64,000 bases of DNA, from contig JBMFOM010000001.1 of NCBI GenBank assembly GCA_049969615.1, forward strand, positions 1 to 64,000. The letters are read 5' to 3'. Origin of the DNA: a candidate division WOR-3 bacterium. GTDB lineage: Bacteria; Hydrothermota; Hydrothermia; JBDRYB01. A program made the position numbers and the translations under genes. The notes under the pieces are model-generated. The model was not told the origin of the DNA and did no database searches. It saw nothing but the letters and a program-made list of their open reading frames with translations. This document shows positions 20,133 through 33,540 of this stretch, one piece after another; positions within the stretch are counted from its first letter, which is position 1; each line of letters starts with the position of its first letter.

Positions 20133-20926
20133 GATGGGTTTTCTCCTTTTAATCTTGCCACGCCATAAGTTTTGACCTCAATTCCGGTTCTCTTGTTCGT
20201 TTCTGCGGCTATCTCACCCAAACGTTCGGGGGGAACGATTTCCAGGCCACGGGTGGGAAAAGGCCTGTCTATGGAGTAGATCTGGACGGACCGGGGCCTT
20301 AGTTCCCCAACGCGTTTCATCCACGCGTCAAGTAGGGGGCCATCCGAATTATTAACAGCACCGCGAAGGAAAAGCGTCTGTAGGACAAAGTGGCCTTCCA
20401 GGCCTCGCAAACCCTCAAGTATGGATTCAAAACTGATCCCCGGCGCTGGCCTCGCTACCAAGGCGAAGGTGTCTTCGTCTCCCGCGTCCAGCTTCATTAT
20501 TGGCAGGTCTATGAGCTCATCTATTGCGATGCTGATTCCGGGAATGAGCAACCCTGTTGAGTTGGAAAGTAGGGCTATCTCAGAACCAGGGGAAAGCTCG
20601 TCCCGCACAAGCCTGACCAAGCGAGCTATTTCGGGAAAATTCGGATGAAGCGTAGGTTCGCCGTTGCCACAGAAGGTTATGAACCTCGGGGGCTTAACGC
20701 TTGCAAGGGCATCGCGGAGGGCACGGTCAACATCCTGGGGTGAAGGCAACTCAGCCGCGTTTGGCCTCATGGTGAGAGCCATGGTTATACCATACTGGCA
20801 ATACACACAGTTGAAAGAGCAGACCTTGTGGCCGGTAGGCATGAGGTTTATGCCCAAGCTCAGGCCAAGGCGCCTTGAGTTCACCGGGCCATAGATTATC
20901 CCTTTCTGTAGGGGCAAAATCTCCAC
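20123..20926 (-). CDS. Radical SAM Fe-S oxidoreductase
   Basis: YGPVNSRRLGLSLGINL, CSFNCVYC, GNGEPTLHP; GTG at 20926 lies 6 nt after TATAAT. Confidence 0.88.
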   Translation of the reverse strand: MEILPLQKGIIYGPVNSRRLGLSLGINLMPTGHKVCSFNCVYCQYGITMALTMRPNAAELPSPQDVDRALRDALASVKPPRFITFCGNGEPTLHPNFPEIARLVRLVRDELSPGSEIALLSNSTGLLIPGISIAIDELIDLPIMKLDAGDEDTFALVARPAPGISFESILEGLRGLEGHFVLQTLFLRGAVNNSDGPLLDAWMKRVGELRPRSVQIYSIDRPFPTRGLEIVPPERLGEIAAETNKRTGIEVKTYGVARLKGENPSWS

Positions 20927-20930
20927 CTGA

Positions 20931-21312
20931 ATATTATAACCCACTTTCTGCGCAGGATCATGTATTTGAGCATCTAGGGAGACCGAACATACCCGAGGCG
21001 ATGGTTCTGGTTTCTTAGGGACCCCAGATTTTGCGTCGGGCTGTAAGCCTTGAATTGCCGATGGATCAGTCCATATAACATTGCTTAGTTTTATCTCTGG
21101 AACCCGGGCGCCGCAAAATCTGGGCTATAACCTATTTTCTGTGCAGGATCATAACTGTCTCAAGTTCACGCTGATCAAGATCACGGGCATATGATTCCAG
21201 GGCGCAGGTATCAGAGAGGCACAGACATTGAATACAGGGGAGAGCTCTGATAAAGTAGTAATAACTTACTGGTTTGACCCAGAAGCACTTTGTCCAAGAG
21301 AACAGGGTTCTG
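20931..21312. mobile_element. Mosaic of MITE-like repeats (promoter-end family E x2, hairpin family D, family B)
   Basis: TATAACCCACTTTCTGCGCAGGATCA at about 20935 and a variant at 21126; inverted repeat CCCAGATTTTGCG/CGCAAAATCTGGG at 21023-21124; family B at 21240-21312; each has other copies in the window. Confidence 0.65.
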
Positions 21313-21351
21313 TGCTGCTGGTATTTGAATGAGCGGAACCCATCCATCATG

Positions 21352-24300
21352 GTTTCAATCCCTCATAGGTAGGCTATGAACCATCACCGCGCCTGATCCA
21401 GGCACCGCGGATCAGGAGTTTCAATCCCTCATAGGTAGGCTATGAACATGTTAGAGGATGATCTTGCAAGCGTGCGTTATGAATGTTTCAATCCCTCATA
21501 GGTAGGCTATGAACCTTCTTCTTAGAAAAAACAGCATCCCACTCCACCGAAGTTTCAATCCCTCATAGGTAGGCTATGAACGATTTGTATAATGTCGCTC
21601 CTGACCAATCAATCATTGTTTCAATCCCTCATAGGTAGGCTATGAACCATAGGAACTCAATTGTCTTAATCACCTCCGCAAGCGTTTCAATCCCTCATAG
21701 GTAGGCTATGAACAGAGGGCAGTTTGCCCAGTTTGCCCAGTGTATATAGGTTTCAATCCCTCATAGGTAGGCTATGAACAAGACCTGAAGGAGCCGGTTG
21801 GTGATAAAGTTAGTGATAAGTTTCAATCCCTCATAGGTAGGCTATGAACGCGGGACCTTTCGGCGCAGTAGGGCGAGGAACAGGATGTTTCAATCCCTCA
21901 TAGGTAGGCTATGAACAGAAACTCTTGCTGAGCTTGCGAAAGATACATATACGTTTCAATCCCTCATAGGTAGGCTATGAACTCTAATTTCCCATAATTG
22001 CCCTTGTGTATTTTCCCAGTTTCAATCCCTCATAGGTAGGCTATGAACGCTAAGGCCGCCCAGGTCTTACCTGCCCCGGGATCACGTTTCAATCCCTCAT
22101 AGGTAGGCTATGAACTAACCTGTTAGCTCGCGCAACAGCGCCTTAGCCACCTGTTTCAATCCCTCATAGGTAGGCTATGAACCTAAACTGCCCATCCTTA
22201 ATTGAAAACCCTACAGGCTCGTTTCAATCCCTCATAGGTAGGCTATGAACAGGTGGATTTGTTTGAAAAGGTTTCCACTCTACGAGGTTTCAATCCCTCA
22301 TAGGTAGGCTATGAACATCCCGTGGGGTGCGGTGGCTGCCTGCAACAGCTATTGTTTCAATCCCTCATAGGTAGGCTATGAACTCATGCTGAAAGTATTA
22401 GAGCCTCATATATATCCTCGTTTCAATCCCTCATAGGTAGGCTATGAACTCCCCGAAATTGAACATCGCGGGAACCTTTTTATCAAAGTTTCAATCCCTC
22501 ATAGGTAGGCTATGAACGCAGAGGCTAACCAGACAAGCGCGCCTGTTTACGCTTAGTTTCAATCCCTCATAGGTAGGCTATGAACATTGAAAATCCTACA
22601 GGCTCCGGGAACCTCTCAACAGTTTCAATCCCTCATAGGTAGGCTATGAACCTTCTTATGGGAGTTCCCAATTTTTCCAGGGCGACATGTTTCAATCCCT
22701 CATAGGTAGGCTATGAACGAAGATATAATAACCAAGCTATCCCGCGAGTGGAGCAGTTTCAATCCCTCATAGGTAGGCTATGAACTGTTGACTAAAACGG
22801 GATACTTGGATGCACTCGGGACGTTTCAATCCCTCATAGGTAGGCTATGAACCACCATGGCGGGTTAGTGCTGAGCTTGAGCCTGTGTTTGTTTCAATCC
22901 CTCATAGGTAGGCTATGAACTTCCTTACCAAGCTCAGCAAGTTTACGAAACAGCACCGGTTTCAATCCCTCATAGGTAGGCTATGAACGCGTTGCCCTGA
23001 CAGGCGGCGCTACGCTATACGTTTCAATCCCTCATAGGTAGGCTATGAACCTGGTGACGACCGCACCTACTCCTGCGAAAATAAGCCAGTTTCAATCCCT
23101 CATAGGTAGGCTATGAACAGCCGAAAGGAGGGAAAGGAGGGAAAGGAGGGACAGGGAGTTTCAATCCCTCATAGGTAGGCTATGAACGAAAGAGAGTAAG
23201 GACCCACCACAACAACATCCCGGTTTCAATCCCTCATAGGTAGGCTATGAACCGGATAACCTATACAGCACGCTTTACACCTGCAACCGTTTCAATCCCT
23301 CATAGGTAGGCTATGAACGGAACCAAAAAAACCCTTGAAGGAGGACATCATGAAAAGTTTCAATCCCTCATAGGTAGGCTATGAACTGATAAACAAATCC
23401 TACGCGTCATGCGAGGGACAAAAGTTTCAATCCCTCATAGGTAGGCTATGAACTGAGAGTCGCTGTTACTGCTATATGTATGTAGTGCCGTTTCAATCCC
23501 TCATAGGTAGGCTATGAACTGGTCGGTCGTTGCCTATATCCACTATCTTAAAGTCGTTTCAATCCCTCATAGGTAGGCTATGAACTATGAGAATGTGGTT
23601 TCTACCTCATTACTTGACACAGTTTCAATCCCTCATAGGTAGGCTATGAACCATCATACCGCAACGCGAGCAACAATCCATAAGCACCGTTTCAATCCCT
23701 CATAGGTAGGCTATGAACAACAACGCGGCTACATAGCCATCAATTACCGTGTCTGAGTTTCAATCCCTCATAGGTAGGCTATGAACCTGATCCATCAAGG
23801 CTTTCTATGGTTTTTGAGGCTTTCGTTTCAATCCCTCATAGGTAGGCTATGAACGACCTTAAAGGGACTATAGCTGAACTGCGTGCTATCAGTTTCAATC
23901 CCTCATAGGTAGGCTATGAACCTGAGATGCAAAAGCTTCACGAGGGGCCTGAAAAGGCGTTTCAATCCCTCATAGGTAGGCTATGAACTTGCCTCTGCCA
24001 TGAAATCACGAACTAACCCAACCGCTGTTTCAATCCCTCATAGGTAGGCTATGAACGAAAAAAAGGCAAAGGTGGAAGATATAGACCAAACCAGTTTCAA
24101 TCCCTCATAGGTAGGCTATGAACGAGCTTGATCTGCAGAGCTCACTGTCGCCTGTTCGCGTTTCAATCCCTCATAGGTAGGCTATGAACGGTTCTGCGAG
24201 TGTGCCCTGGGATGCTACCGTACAAGTTTCAATCCCTCATAGGTAGGCTATGAACTCTCCCCACCGTGCTCGCTCCACCACGTGGCGCAGCAGTTTCAAT

Positions 24301-27300
24301 CCCTCATAGGTAGGCTATGAACCTTGGTCTCGTGCACTATAGAGCTTACGCGGAGGGGGTGTTTCAATCCCTCATAGGTAGGCTATGAACGATTGCTGCT
24401 GTCGTGGAGCAGTGCTATAGGCACGAGAGTTTCAATCCCTCATAGGTAGGCTATGAACTGAGGGTGGGATTGAAAGCAAGATGTGGTTGACAACGTTTCA
24501 ATCCCTCATAGGTAGGCTATGAACGCTATGGCTACTATTTTGCCCACGACCTGCATTAGATGTTTCAATCCCTCATAGGTAGGCTATGAACGCGAAGTGA
24601 GGCCAGGTTGGGTCAATAGGATCTGCCGTTTCAATCCCTCATAGGTAGGCTATGAACGTAGCTCACGCACCTCCACCGCAACTGCCTCGGGATGTTTCAA
24701 TCCCTCATAGGTAGGCTATGAACTGAAGAAAGAACCTATACCCATATCTTGAGACAAACCCAGTTTCAATCCCTCATAGGTAGGCTATGAACCACCTACG
24801 CGGAGAGGGGTCATGGTGGTTAGATAAATGTTTCAATCCCTCATAGGTAGGCTATGAACCTTTACGATCATGTTGTCGTGGCGGTGCCTGACCCCGCGTT
24901 TCAATCCCTCATAGGTAGGCTATGAACTATACCATCCAGACACGCCACCACTACCCGCGGGACAGTTTCAATCCCTCATAGGTAGGCTATGAACTTTTAT
25001 GCCTCTGATAGTGCGCCTCTACAGCATGATGAGTTTCAATCCCTCATAGGTAGGCTATGAACTGTCTTTTTTGGTCTGCCCGGAGGGGATTTCAAAAAAG
25101 TTTCAATCCCTCATAGGTAGGCTATGAACTCTAATATTTTCGCCAACTGGTTAAAGTATTTTATTAGTTTCAATCCCTCATAGGTAGGCTATGAACTGTC
25201 CACAGATTCATTTTATCCTCTTACGATGTGAGTAGTTTCAATCCCTCATAGGTAGGCTATGAACGCGTGGTCGCCTCACGAGAACCCTCCACAACCAGAT
25301 GTTTCAATCCCTCATAGGTAGGCTATGAACGGTGTGCGATACTGCACAGGAACCTGCTTGTAAAGCGGTTTCAATCCCTCATAGGTAGGCTATGAACGGC
25401 TCAGCCAAGGATAAACACCGTACAGTGTCAGTCTCGGTTTCAATCCCTCATAGGTAGGCTATGAACGATATACGATGCCTAGCGCTGTGTGTTATGATGC
25501 TGTGTTTCAATCCCTCATAGGTAGGCTATGAACCCTCACCATACCTTGCTCGGAACTCCTCCACCATGGCGTTTCAATCCCTCATAGGTAGGCTATGAAC
25601 TTTCCACCTTGTCAAGCACAAATCCCACCACCCTAGGTTTCAATCCCTCATAGGTAGGCTATGAACGAAGGAGTTAACTTTGGAGCTAATGCTATTGAGA
25701 GGTTTCAATCCCTCATAGGTAGGCTATGAACACTTCCACCTTCATCTTAGCCAGTTCCGGTCTCTCCGCGTTTCAATCCCTCATAGGTAGGCTATGAACC
25801 AAAGCGCCCATATGGTATATCCCCTCCAGGTTTTTCGTTTCAATCCCTCATAGGTAGGCTATGAACGTTTTCAAGCGTCAATACGATGCCCATCCCTGTG
25901 CAGGTTTCAATCCCTCATAGGTAGGCTATGAACGTTGTATCTATGCTAGGGAAAACAAATCCGAAATAAATGTTTCAATCCCTCATAGGTAGGCTATGAA
26001 CGGAGAGGGCGGGGCAGATACTATATGAGGTGCGCAATGTTTCAATCCCTCATAGGTAGGCTATGAACGTAAGCAAGACAAGCCGTCCCTGTCCCTCCTC
26101 TCGGGTTTCAATCCCTCATAGGTAGGCTATGAACTGCTTTCCCACCAACCAGCTCGCAGGCTGGATAAAGCGTTTCAATCCCTCATAGGTAGGCTATGAA
26201 CTAAGACAGCGGGGGGCAAGTTTAATGAGGCGGATACCGTTTCAATCCCTCATAGGTAGGCTATGAACGAAAACATGCGCGATAAACACCGCAACAGCAT
26301 CCCGTAGTTTCAATCCCTCATAGGTAGGCTATGAACGGTATTTCTAAACACCCTAAACCCCATTCCTATATACGTTTCAATCCCTCATAGGTAGGCTATG
26401 AACGCTGTTGTCGTGGAACAGTGCTACAGACACGAGACGTTTCAATCCCTCATAGGTAGGCTATGAACTTTCTTGCTTGGTCATGGTCCGCACGGTTATC
26501 AGTAGTTTCAATCCCTCATAGGTAGGCTATGAACGCGAGGGGTCTTAACATGTATAGTCTCTCCAGGAACGTTTCAATCCCTCATAGGTAGGCTATGAAC
26601 GGGTAATATACCGCAAAACATATTGCAAACCCTTGCGTTTCAATCCCTCATAGGTAGGCTATGAACAGGGCTTCATAGCTGTCTTGTAGGTCAGCCCCCA
26701 CGACGTTTCAATCCCTCATAGGTAGGCTATGAACAAAGGTGCTCGCTGAGCTGGCGAAGGATGAAGACAAAAGTTTCAATCCCTCATAGGTAGGCTATGA
26801 ACGAGGGGCCTGAGAGAGCCGGCCGACCTGCAATATTGCCGTTTCAATCCCTCATAGGTAGGCTATGAACCGGTTTGCGGTTTGAGGGAATAATGAAGGC
26901 TTTTTCGTTTCAATCCCTCATAGGTAGGCTATGAACGACGAAATAATAGCACTCTCGTCCAAAGCACGCATCAGTTTCAATCCCTCATAGGTAGGCTATG
27001 AACAATGATACTGCCGCAGAACTAACTGGGCATTTTCTCGTTTCAATCCCTCATAGGTAGGCTATGAACAGGTCTAATTAGCCGCGCTTGGGGCGATGCA
27101 GTGCACGTTTCAATCCCTCATAGGTAGGCTATGAACACGGTCAGGGGAGCTGCAAAAAATGCACTGCTATTAGTTTCAATCCCTCATAGGTAGGCTATGA
27201 ACTGTTAATGCTCCCAGTTAGGATTGCCCAGTTTGCCCCGTTTCAATCCCTCATAGGTAGGCTATGAACTGTCCGCTGGCGTTTCACATCGCGCTGTACG

Positions 27301-30300
27301 GTTGCGGCGTTTCAATCCCTCATAGGTAGGCTATGAACGCAAGCGGCAAGCTTATATTTGAGACACAAAACCTTAGTTTCAATCCCTCATAGGTAGGCTA
27401 TGAACCCCTTTTTCCGCACTACACCTCCGCCCTCCACCCCCGTTTCAATCCCTCATAGGTAGGCTATGAACCAGAAAGCGTCATGCTATAAAGCTTGTGT
27501 GCGCCTGAAGTTTCAATCCCTCATAGGTAGGCTATGAACCAAGCGCGGCAAGCTTGATACTGTTCGCACTATGCAGTTTCAATCCCTCATAGGTAGGCTA
27601 TGAACCCGTATTTTTGACCCACTTTCCATTTTCAACAACCCAGTTTCAATCCCTCATAGGTAGGCTATGAACCAAAGGAGAAAAGATCATGGAAAAGAGC
27701 AGAGAAGAAGTTTCAATCCCTCATAGGTAGGCTATGAACTTTGTGTCTTGCTTATCACGCATAGTGCGAACAGTAGTTTCAATCCCTCATAGGTAGGCTA
27801 TGAACGAAAGTCCTGGGTATAGACCCTGGTGCCGTGAACATGTTTCAATCCCTCATAGGTAGGCTATGAACTGAGTTTGAAAAGTCTTGAGCCTGCCTGG
27901 TTTGGCAGTTTCAATCCCTCATAGGTAGGCTATGAACTTGCTTATCTCTGCGCTGTCACCTGCGCTTTACAAGCGTTTCAATCCCTCATAGGTAGGCTAT
28001 GAACCAAGCGCGGCAAGCTTGATACTGTTCGCACTATGCAGTTTCAATCCCTCATAGGTAGGCTATGAACCCGTATTTTTGACCCACTTTCCATTTTCAA
28101 CAACCCAGTTTCAATCCCTCATAGGTAGGCTATGAACCAAAGGAGAAAAGATCATGGAAAAGAGCAGAGAAGAAGTTTCAATCCCTCATAGGTAGGCTAT
28201 GAACTTTGTGTCTTGCTTATCACGCATAGTGCGAACAGTAGTTTCAATCCCTCATAGGTAGGCTATGAACGAAAGTCCTGGGTATAGACCCTGGTGCCGT
28301 GAACATGTTTCAATCCCTCATAGGTAGGCTATGAACTGAGTTTGAAAAGTCTTGAGCCTGCCTGGTTTGGCAGTTTCAATCCCTCATAGGTAGGCTATGA
28401 ACTTGCTTATCTCTGCGCTGTCACCTGCGCTTTACAAGCGTTTCAATCCCTCATAGGTAGGCTATGAACGGTTGTGGAGGGTTCTCGTGAAGCTACCACG
28501 CTGGACAGTTTCAATCCCTCATAGGTAGGCTATGAACTCAATGAATAGCAGATTGTTAAGATGGGAAATCAAGTCAGTTTCAATCCCTCATAGGTAGGCT
28601 ATGAACTATCTTCCGTCCCCCTCTCCCGGAGCTGGGGGGGAGTTTCAATCCCTCATAGGTAGGCTATGAACGACTGAGATTTGGGCATTGACCATTGCTG
28701 GACAGAGCAGTTTCAATCCCTCATAGGTAGGCTATGAACGCACCGCTGGGATGACTGCGCAGGGAAAGTTTTACCCTGTTTCAATCCCTCATAGGTAGGC
28801 TATGAACCTGCATTCCCGCCTGCGGCGCTCGTCTGCGAGCTGGAGTTTCAATCCCTCATAGGTAGGCTATGAACATCAGCATCGCCCGCATACAGAACAT
28901 CGAGCAGATCGTTTCAATCCCTCATAGGTAGGCTATGAACGCTTTTCTCCTATCTTGCCTCCCCTACAAGGCCCGGAGTTTCAATCCCTCATAGGTAGGC
29001 TATGAACCTTGGGTTCTGATTTCCCAAACCGATGCCTTTAATCGTTTCAATCCCTCATAGGTAGGCTATGAACGGATAGAGCTGATGACAAAGTTGAGCG
29101 CATAATAAAGGTTTCAATCCCTCATAGGTAGGCTATGAACTATGAGGTGCGTAATCAATTGCCAGGTCTGAAAACCCTGTTTCAATCCCTCATAGGTAGG
29201 CTATGAACTGGAACTCGAAGGTAGGGCGGTTTGGTGGTTGAGGGAGTTTCAATCCCTCATAGGTAGGCTATGAACTCGGCAGGTGCAGAAGGGTTTCCTG
29301 CAACCCTAATGGTTTCAATCCCTCATAGGTAGGCTATGAACGATAACCAAATTTCTTGTCAACACCTTGAAAATGCAAGTTTCAATCCCTCATAGGTAGG
29401 CTATGAACAAGGAGGTTTAGCATGAAAGTTCTTGGTATAGACCCGTTTCAATCCCTCATAGGTAGGCTATGAACCGGATACAACACCAAACGACCTAGCG
29501 GTTTGGGTAAGTTTCAATCCCTCATAGGTAGGCTATGAACGATCCTGATGCACGAGTTGTATACGAGAAAATGTCTGTTTCAATCCCTCATAGGTAGGCT
29601 ATGAACGGGAGAGAGGTATATATAACTATAGAGGGATTGGATGTTTCAATCCCTCATAGGTAGGCTATGAACGAAGTGGATAGATGCTGAGTTTACGCCT
29701 GAGGAGGCACGTTTCAATCCCTCATAGGTAGGCTATGAACCGTAGTTATACTCGGCCACGGCGCCAATCATAACAGGGTTTCAATCCCTCATAGGTAGGC
29801 TATGAACGAAAATATAATAACCAGGCTATCCCGTGAGTGGAGCAGTTTCAATCCCTCATAGGTAGGCTATGAACTGTGCCCTGGGATGCTACTGTGCAGT
29901 GGGAGGTTACGTTTCAATCCCTCATAGGTAGGCTATGAACTTGCGGTTGTTGTGGAGCAGTGCTATAGACATGAGAGTTTCAATCCCTCATAGGTAGGCT
30001 ATGAACGCGAGCACTTATGGAGATGAGGCGCTTCTCCCTGTTAGTTTCAATCCCTCATAGGTAGGCTATGAACACGAGCCACCTAGCGCTAACTTTGTCA
30101 ATTTCTTCATGTTTCAATCCCTCATAGGTAGGCTATGAACGCTATCTCCTTTTATTTGTCTCCCCTACAGGACCCGGTGTTTCAATCCCTCATAGGTAGG
30201 CTATGAACAGGTATTAAAACCAACTAGGATAGTGGTGGATGAGACGTTTCAATCCCTCATAGGTAGGCTATGAACCTCGTTCAGAACCCTACCCGGAGCG

Positions 30301-33300
30301 GGCGAAAAAGTGTTTCAATCCCTCATAGGTAGGCTATGAACCTTTTGCAAGTTCCGCTAGGACTTTCACAGGTGTGGAGTTTCAATCCCTCATAGGTAGG
30401 CTATGAACTCGCGTAATCGTTCAATGACTTCACGCGGAACAGGCGTGTTTCAATCCCTCATAGGTAGGCTATGAACAATGTTACTTCGGATAGCCTTTTA
30501 TTCTTAGAACATGTTTCAATCCCTCATAGGTAGGCTATGAACTGGTGAGGCGAGCATAGGGGATTGCGCACGCGCGCTGTTTCAATCCCTCATAGGTAGG
30601 CTATGAACTTCAGTGCGCCTTCAAGCTCCGTATTATCGTTCACCAGTTTCAATCCCTCATAGGTAGGCTATGAACGCGGGCTATATTAGCTCAGTCATGT
30701 CGTATCTTTTTGTTTCAATCCCTCATAGGTAGGCTATGAACATGAGTAATGCCAAAAAGCAAGATAGGAACTCGTTCCGTTTCAATCCCTCATAGGTAGG
30801 CTATGAACGCTGAAGAAGACCTGAAGGAGCCGGCTGGTGATAAAGTTTCAATCCCTCATAGGTAGGCTATGAACGTAACCCTCTCGAGCCTCGAGGTGTG
30901 TTGTGGGATATCGTTTCAATCCCTCATAGGTAGGCTATGAACGAGTGCTTTTATGCTCGCTATGGCCAGCCCTGGGATAGTTTCAATCCCTCATAGGTAG
31001 GCTATGAACGTTGATTAGCTCAGTCATACGCATATTATAACTGATTGTTTCAATCCCTCATAGGTAGGCTATGAACCTTTTCAGCTATGAGAGGGTCTAT
31101 CTTAGACATACGTTTCAATCCCTCATAGGTAGGCTATGAACGCGGTTGATAAATCTCTAAACTCGCCTCGCTTCGAAGTTTCAATCCCTCATAGGTAGGC
31201 TATGAACATTCTCAAGAGCCGTGCGAGATGGCCTATACTACTCGTTTCAATCCCTCATAGGTAGGCTATGAACGGCCGTTGAACCAGCTATCTTATGATA
31301 TTCCGTCTCAGGTTTCAATCCCTCATAGGTAGGCTATGAACTATCATGTATGGTTCAGTGTGCCTGTCCAAGCTGAGCGTTTCAATCCCTCATAGGTAGG
31401 CTATGAACTTCTAAGTGGAGGTGCCGGCACGCTATACCTAGCCGTTGCGTTTCAATCCCTCATAGGTAGGCTATGAACGCTCTTCAAGTTCAGCCCAGCT
31501 CTCACACAACCACTCTTGTTTCAATCCCTCATAGGTAGGCTATGAACGTTCGTTCGTTTCTGGCAGTTTTTTGCCGAGCGTGAGTTTCAATCCCTCATAG
31601 GTAGGCTATGAACGGAACGCCCCAAGCGCGCATAGCGCGCACCGCATCTGTTTCAATCCCTCATAGGTAGGCTATGAACGGGAGTGCTTCATTTTTTAAT
31701 CTGTTTCCGCGTAAGTTGTTTCAATCCCTCATAGGTAGGCTATGAACACCCCCGAGATAACGCTTGCCCCGTTAACGGATAAAAGTTTCAATCCCTCATA
31801 GGTAGGCTATGAACTGTTGCTAAAGCCCGCATAGGGGCAAAAATGATAGCGTTTCAATCCCTCATAGGTAGGCTATGAACATTTGCCGTCACGGCTATAG
31901 CTTTTGTCATCTCGCCTGTTTCAATCCCTCATAGGTAGGCTATGAACCCTGGGGAGGATCGGGGAATCCGGGGCCCCCTACACCGTTTCAATCCCTCATA
32001 GGTAGGCTATGAACGGCGAACCCCCACTGAGGACGCGATGCACGAAGCCGTTTCAATCCCTCATAGGTAGGCTATGAACGAACATCAAGAGGGATAGGAG
32101 AGGATACCCTAGGATGTTTCAATCCCTCATAGGTAGGCTATGAACTATCTTCCCTGGATATTATTCACCGGCAGGAGTAAAGTTTCAATCCCTCATAGGT
32201 AGGCTATGAACTCTTATTCGTCTTCACGAATGGATAAGGGCATCTTTGTTTCAATCCCTCATAGGTAGGCTATGAACTTCCCTGCGCGGGCATGGCCCCT
32301 TTGGCTATCAACAGTTTCAATCCCTCATAGGTAGGCTATGAACACAGGCGAGTATGACATAAGAGGCACCAACTCCAAGCGTTTCAATCCCTCATAGGTA
32401 GGCTATGAACGCATTAAGAGAGGTAAAAGAGGCTTGGTGCCAAATATTGTTTCAATCCCTCATAGGTAGGCTATGAACGCTTAAGCGGGCAAAAGCTTCT
32501 GCAAAGGGTTTGGCGTTTCAATCCCTCATAGGTAGGCTATGAACTGATGCGACGGCTATAGACCCCGCCGGTGAAACGGCCGTTTCAATCCCTCATAGGT
32601 AGGCTATGAACTCTCTATCCACACCTCTGCCTCCTCAGGCGTGAACCGTTTCAATCCCTCATAGGTAGGCTATGAACCCGTATAATACAGGGAGAAACAA
32701 TCGGTGATAGAAGTTTCAATCCCTCATAGGTAGGCTATGAACGGTGTATGGTGCATAGCTCTGTGTGCTATGATGCTGTGTTTCAATCCCTCATAGGTAG
32801 GCTATGAACCCTACGGGGGTGGATTAAAATAGGGGCGGATTAAAATGTTTCAATCCCTCATAGGTAGGCTATGAACTCAGCAGCCGCGGCGCGGATATAT
32901 CTATCCTCGTCTCGTTTCAATCCCTCATAGGTAGGCTATGAACGAATGATGGCATCGTCAAGAGCTGAATGGATATATATGTTTCAATCCCTCATAGGTA
33001 GGCTATGAACTTTAGCTTTTTCATGCTATCTCCTTTTTTGTATTACGTTTCAATCCCTCATAGGTAGGCTATGAACTTTTTATGTTGTCCATATATGACC
33101 TCCTCGTTGTTTGTTTCAATCCCTCATAGGTAGGCTATGAACCAAGAACCCCGAAATCGTTCAGGGCCTCCCAGGTCAGTTTCAATCCCTCATAGGTAGG
33201 CTATGAACTTGAAGTGTGGCCAAACAGGCAAAAAGTCATGGCTACGTTTCAATCCCTCATAGGTAGGCTATGAACGGCGGCGGCTATAGAAGTCCTTCTA

Positions 33301-33540
33301 AGGGGTTGATTCGTTTCAATCCCTCATAGGTAGGCTATGAACCTTGCCATCCTTGTCTCGTGTCGTTGCCAAGATCCCGTTTCAATCCCTCATAGGTAGG
33401 CTATGAACAATTAGCATTGAAATTAACGCCATCTCTTTTTCTAAGTTTCAATCCCTCATAGGTAGGCTATGAACCTGGCGCTTGGAGGTGTAACATACAC
33501 CGTGAATGACGTTTCAATCCCTCATAGGTAGGCTATGAAC
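21352..33540 (-). CRISPR. CRISPR array, about 183 repeats / 182 spacers (manual count), repeat GTTCATAGCCTACCTATGAGGGATTGAAAC
   Basis: Identical 30-bp repeats with spacers of about 32-40 bp; ATTGAAAC 3' end and TCATAG/CTATGA hairpin on the minus strand; leader next to cas2. Confidence 0.99.

Noticed and set aside
21132-21350. 72-aa ORF beside the CRISPR trailer (possible Acr or accessory gene)
   Set aside because: Mostly made of family B repeat and spacer-like sequence; no recognisable motif
21352-33540. Self-targeting spacers
   Set aside because: No match to the rest of the window noticed, but an exhaustive comparison was not possible; unresolved rather than excluded
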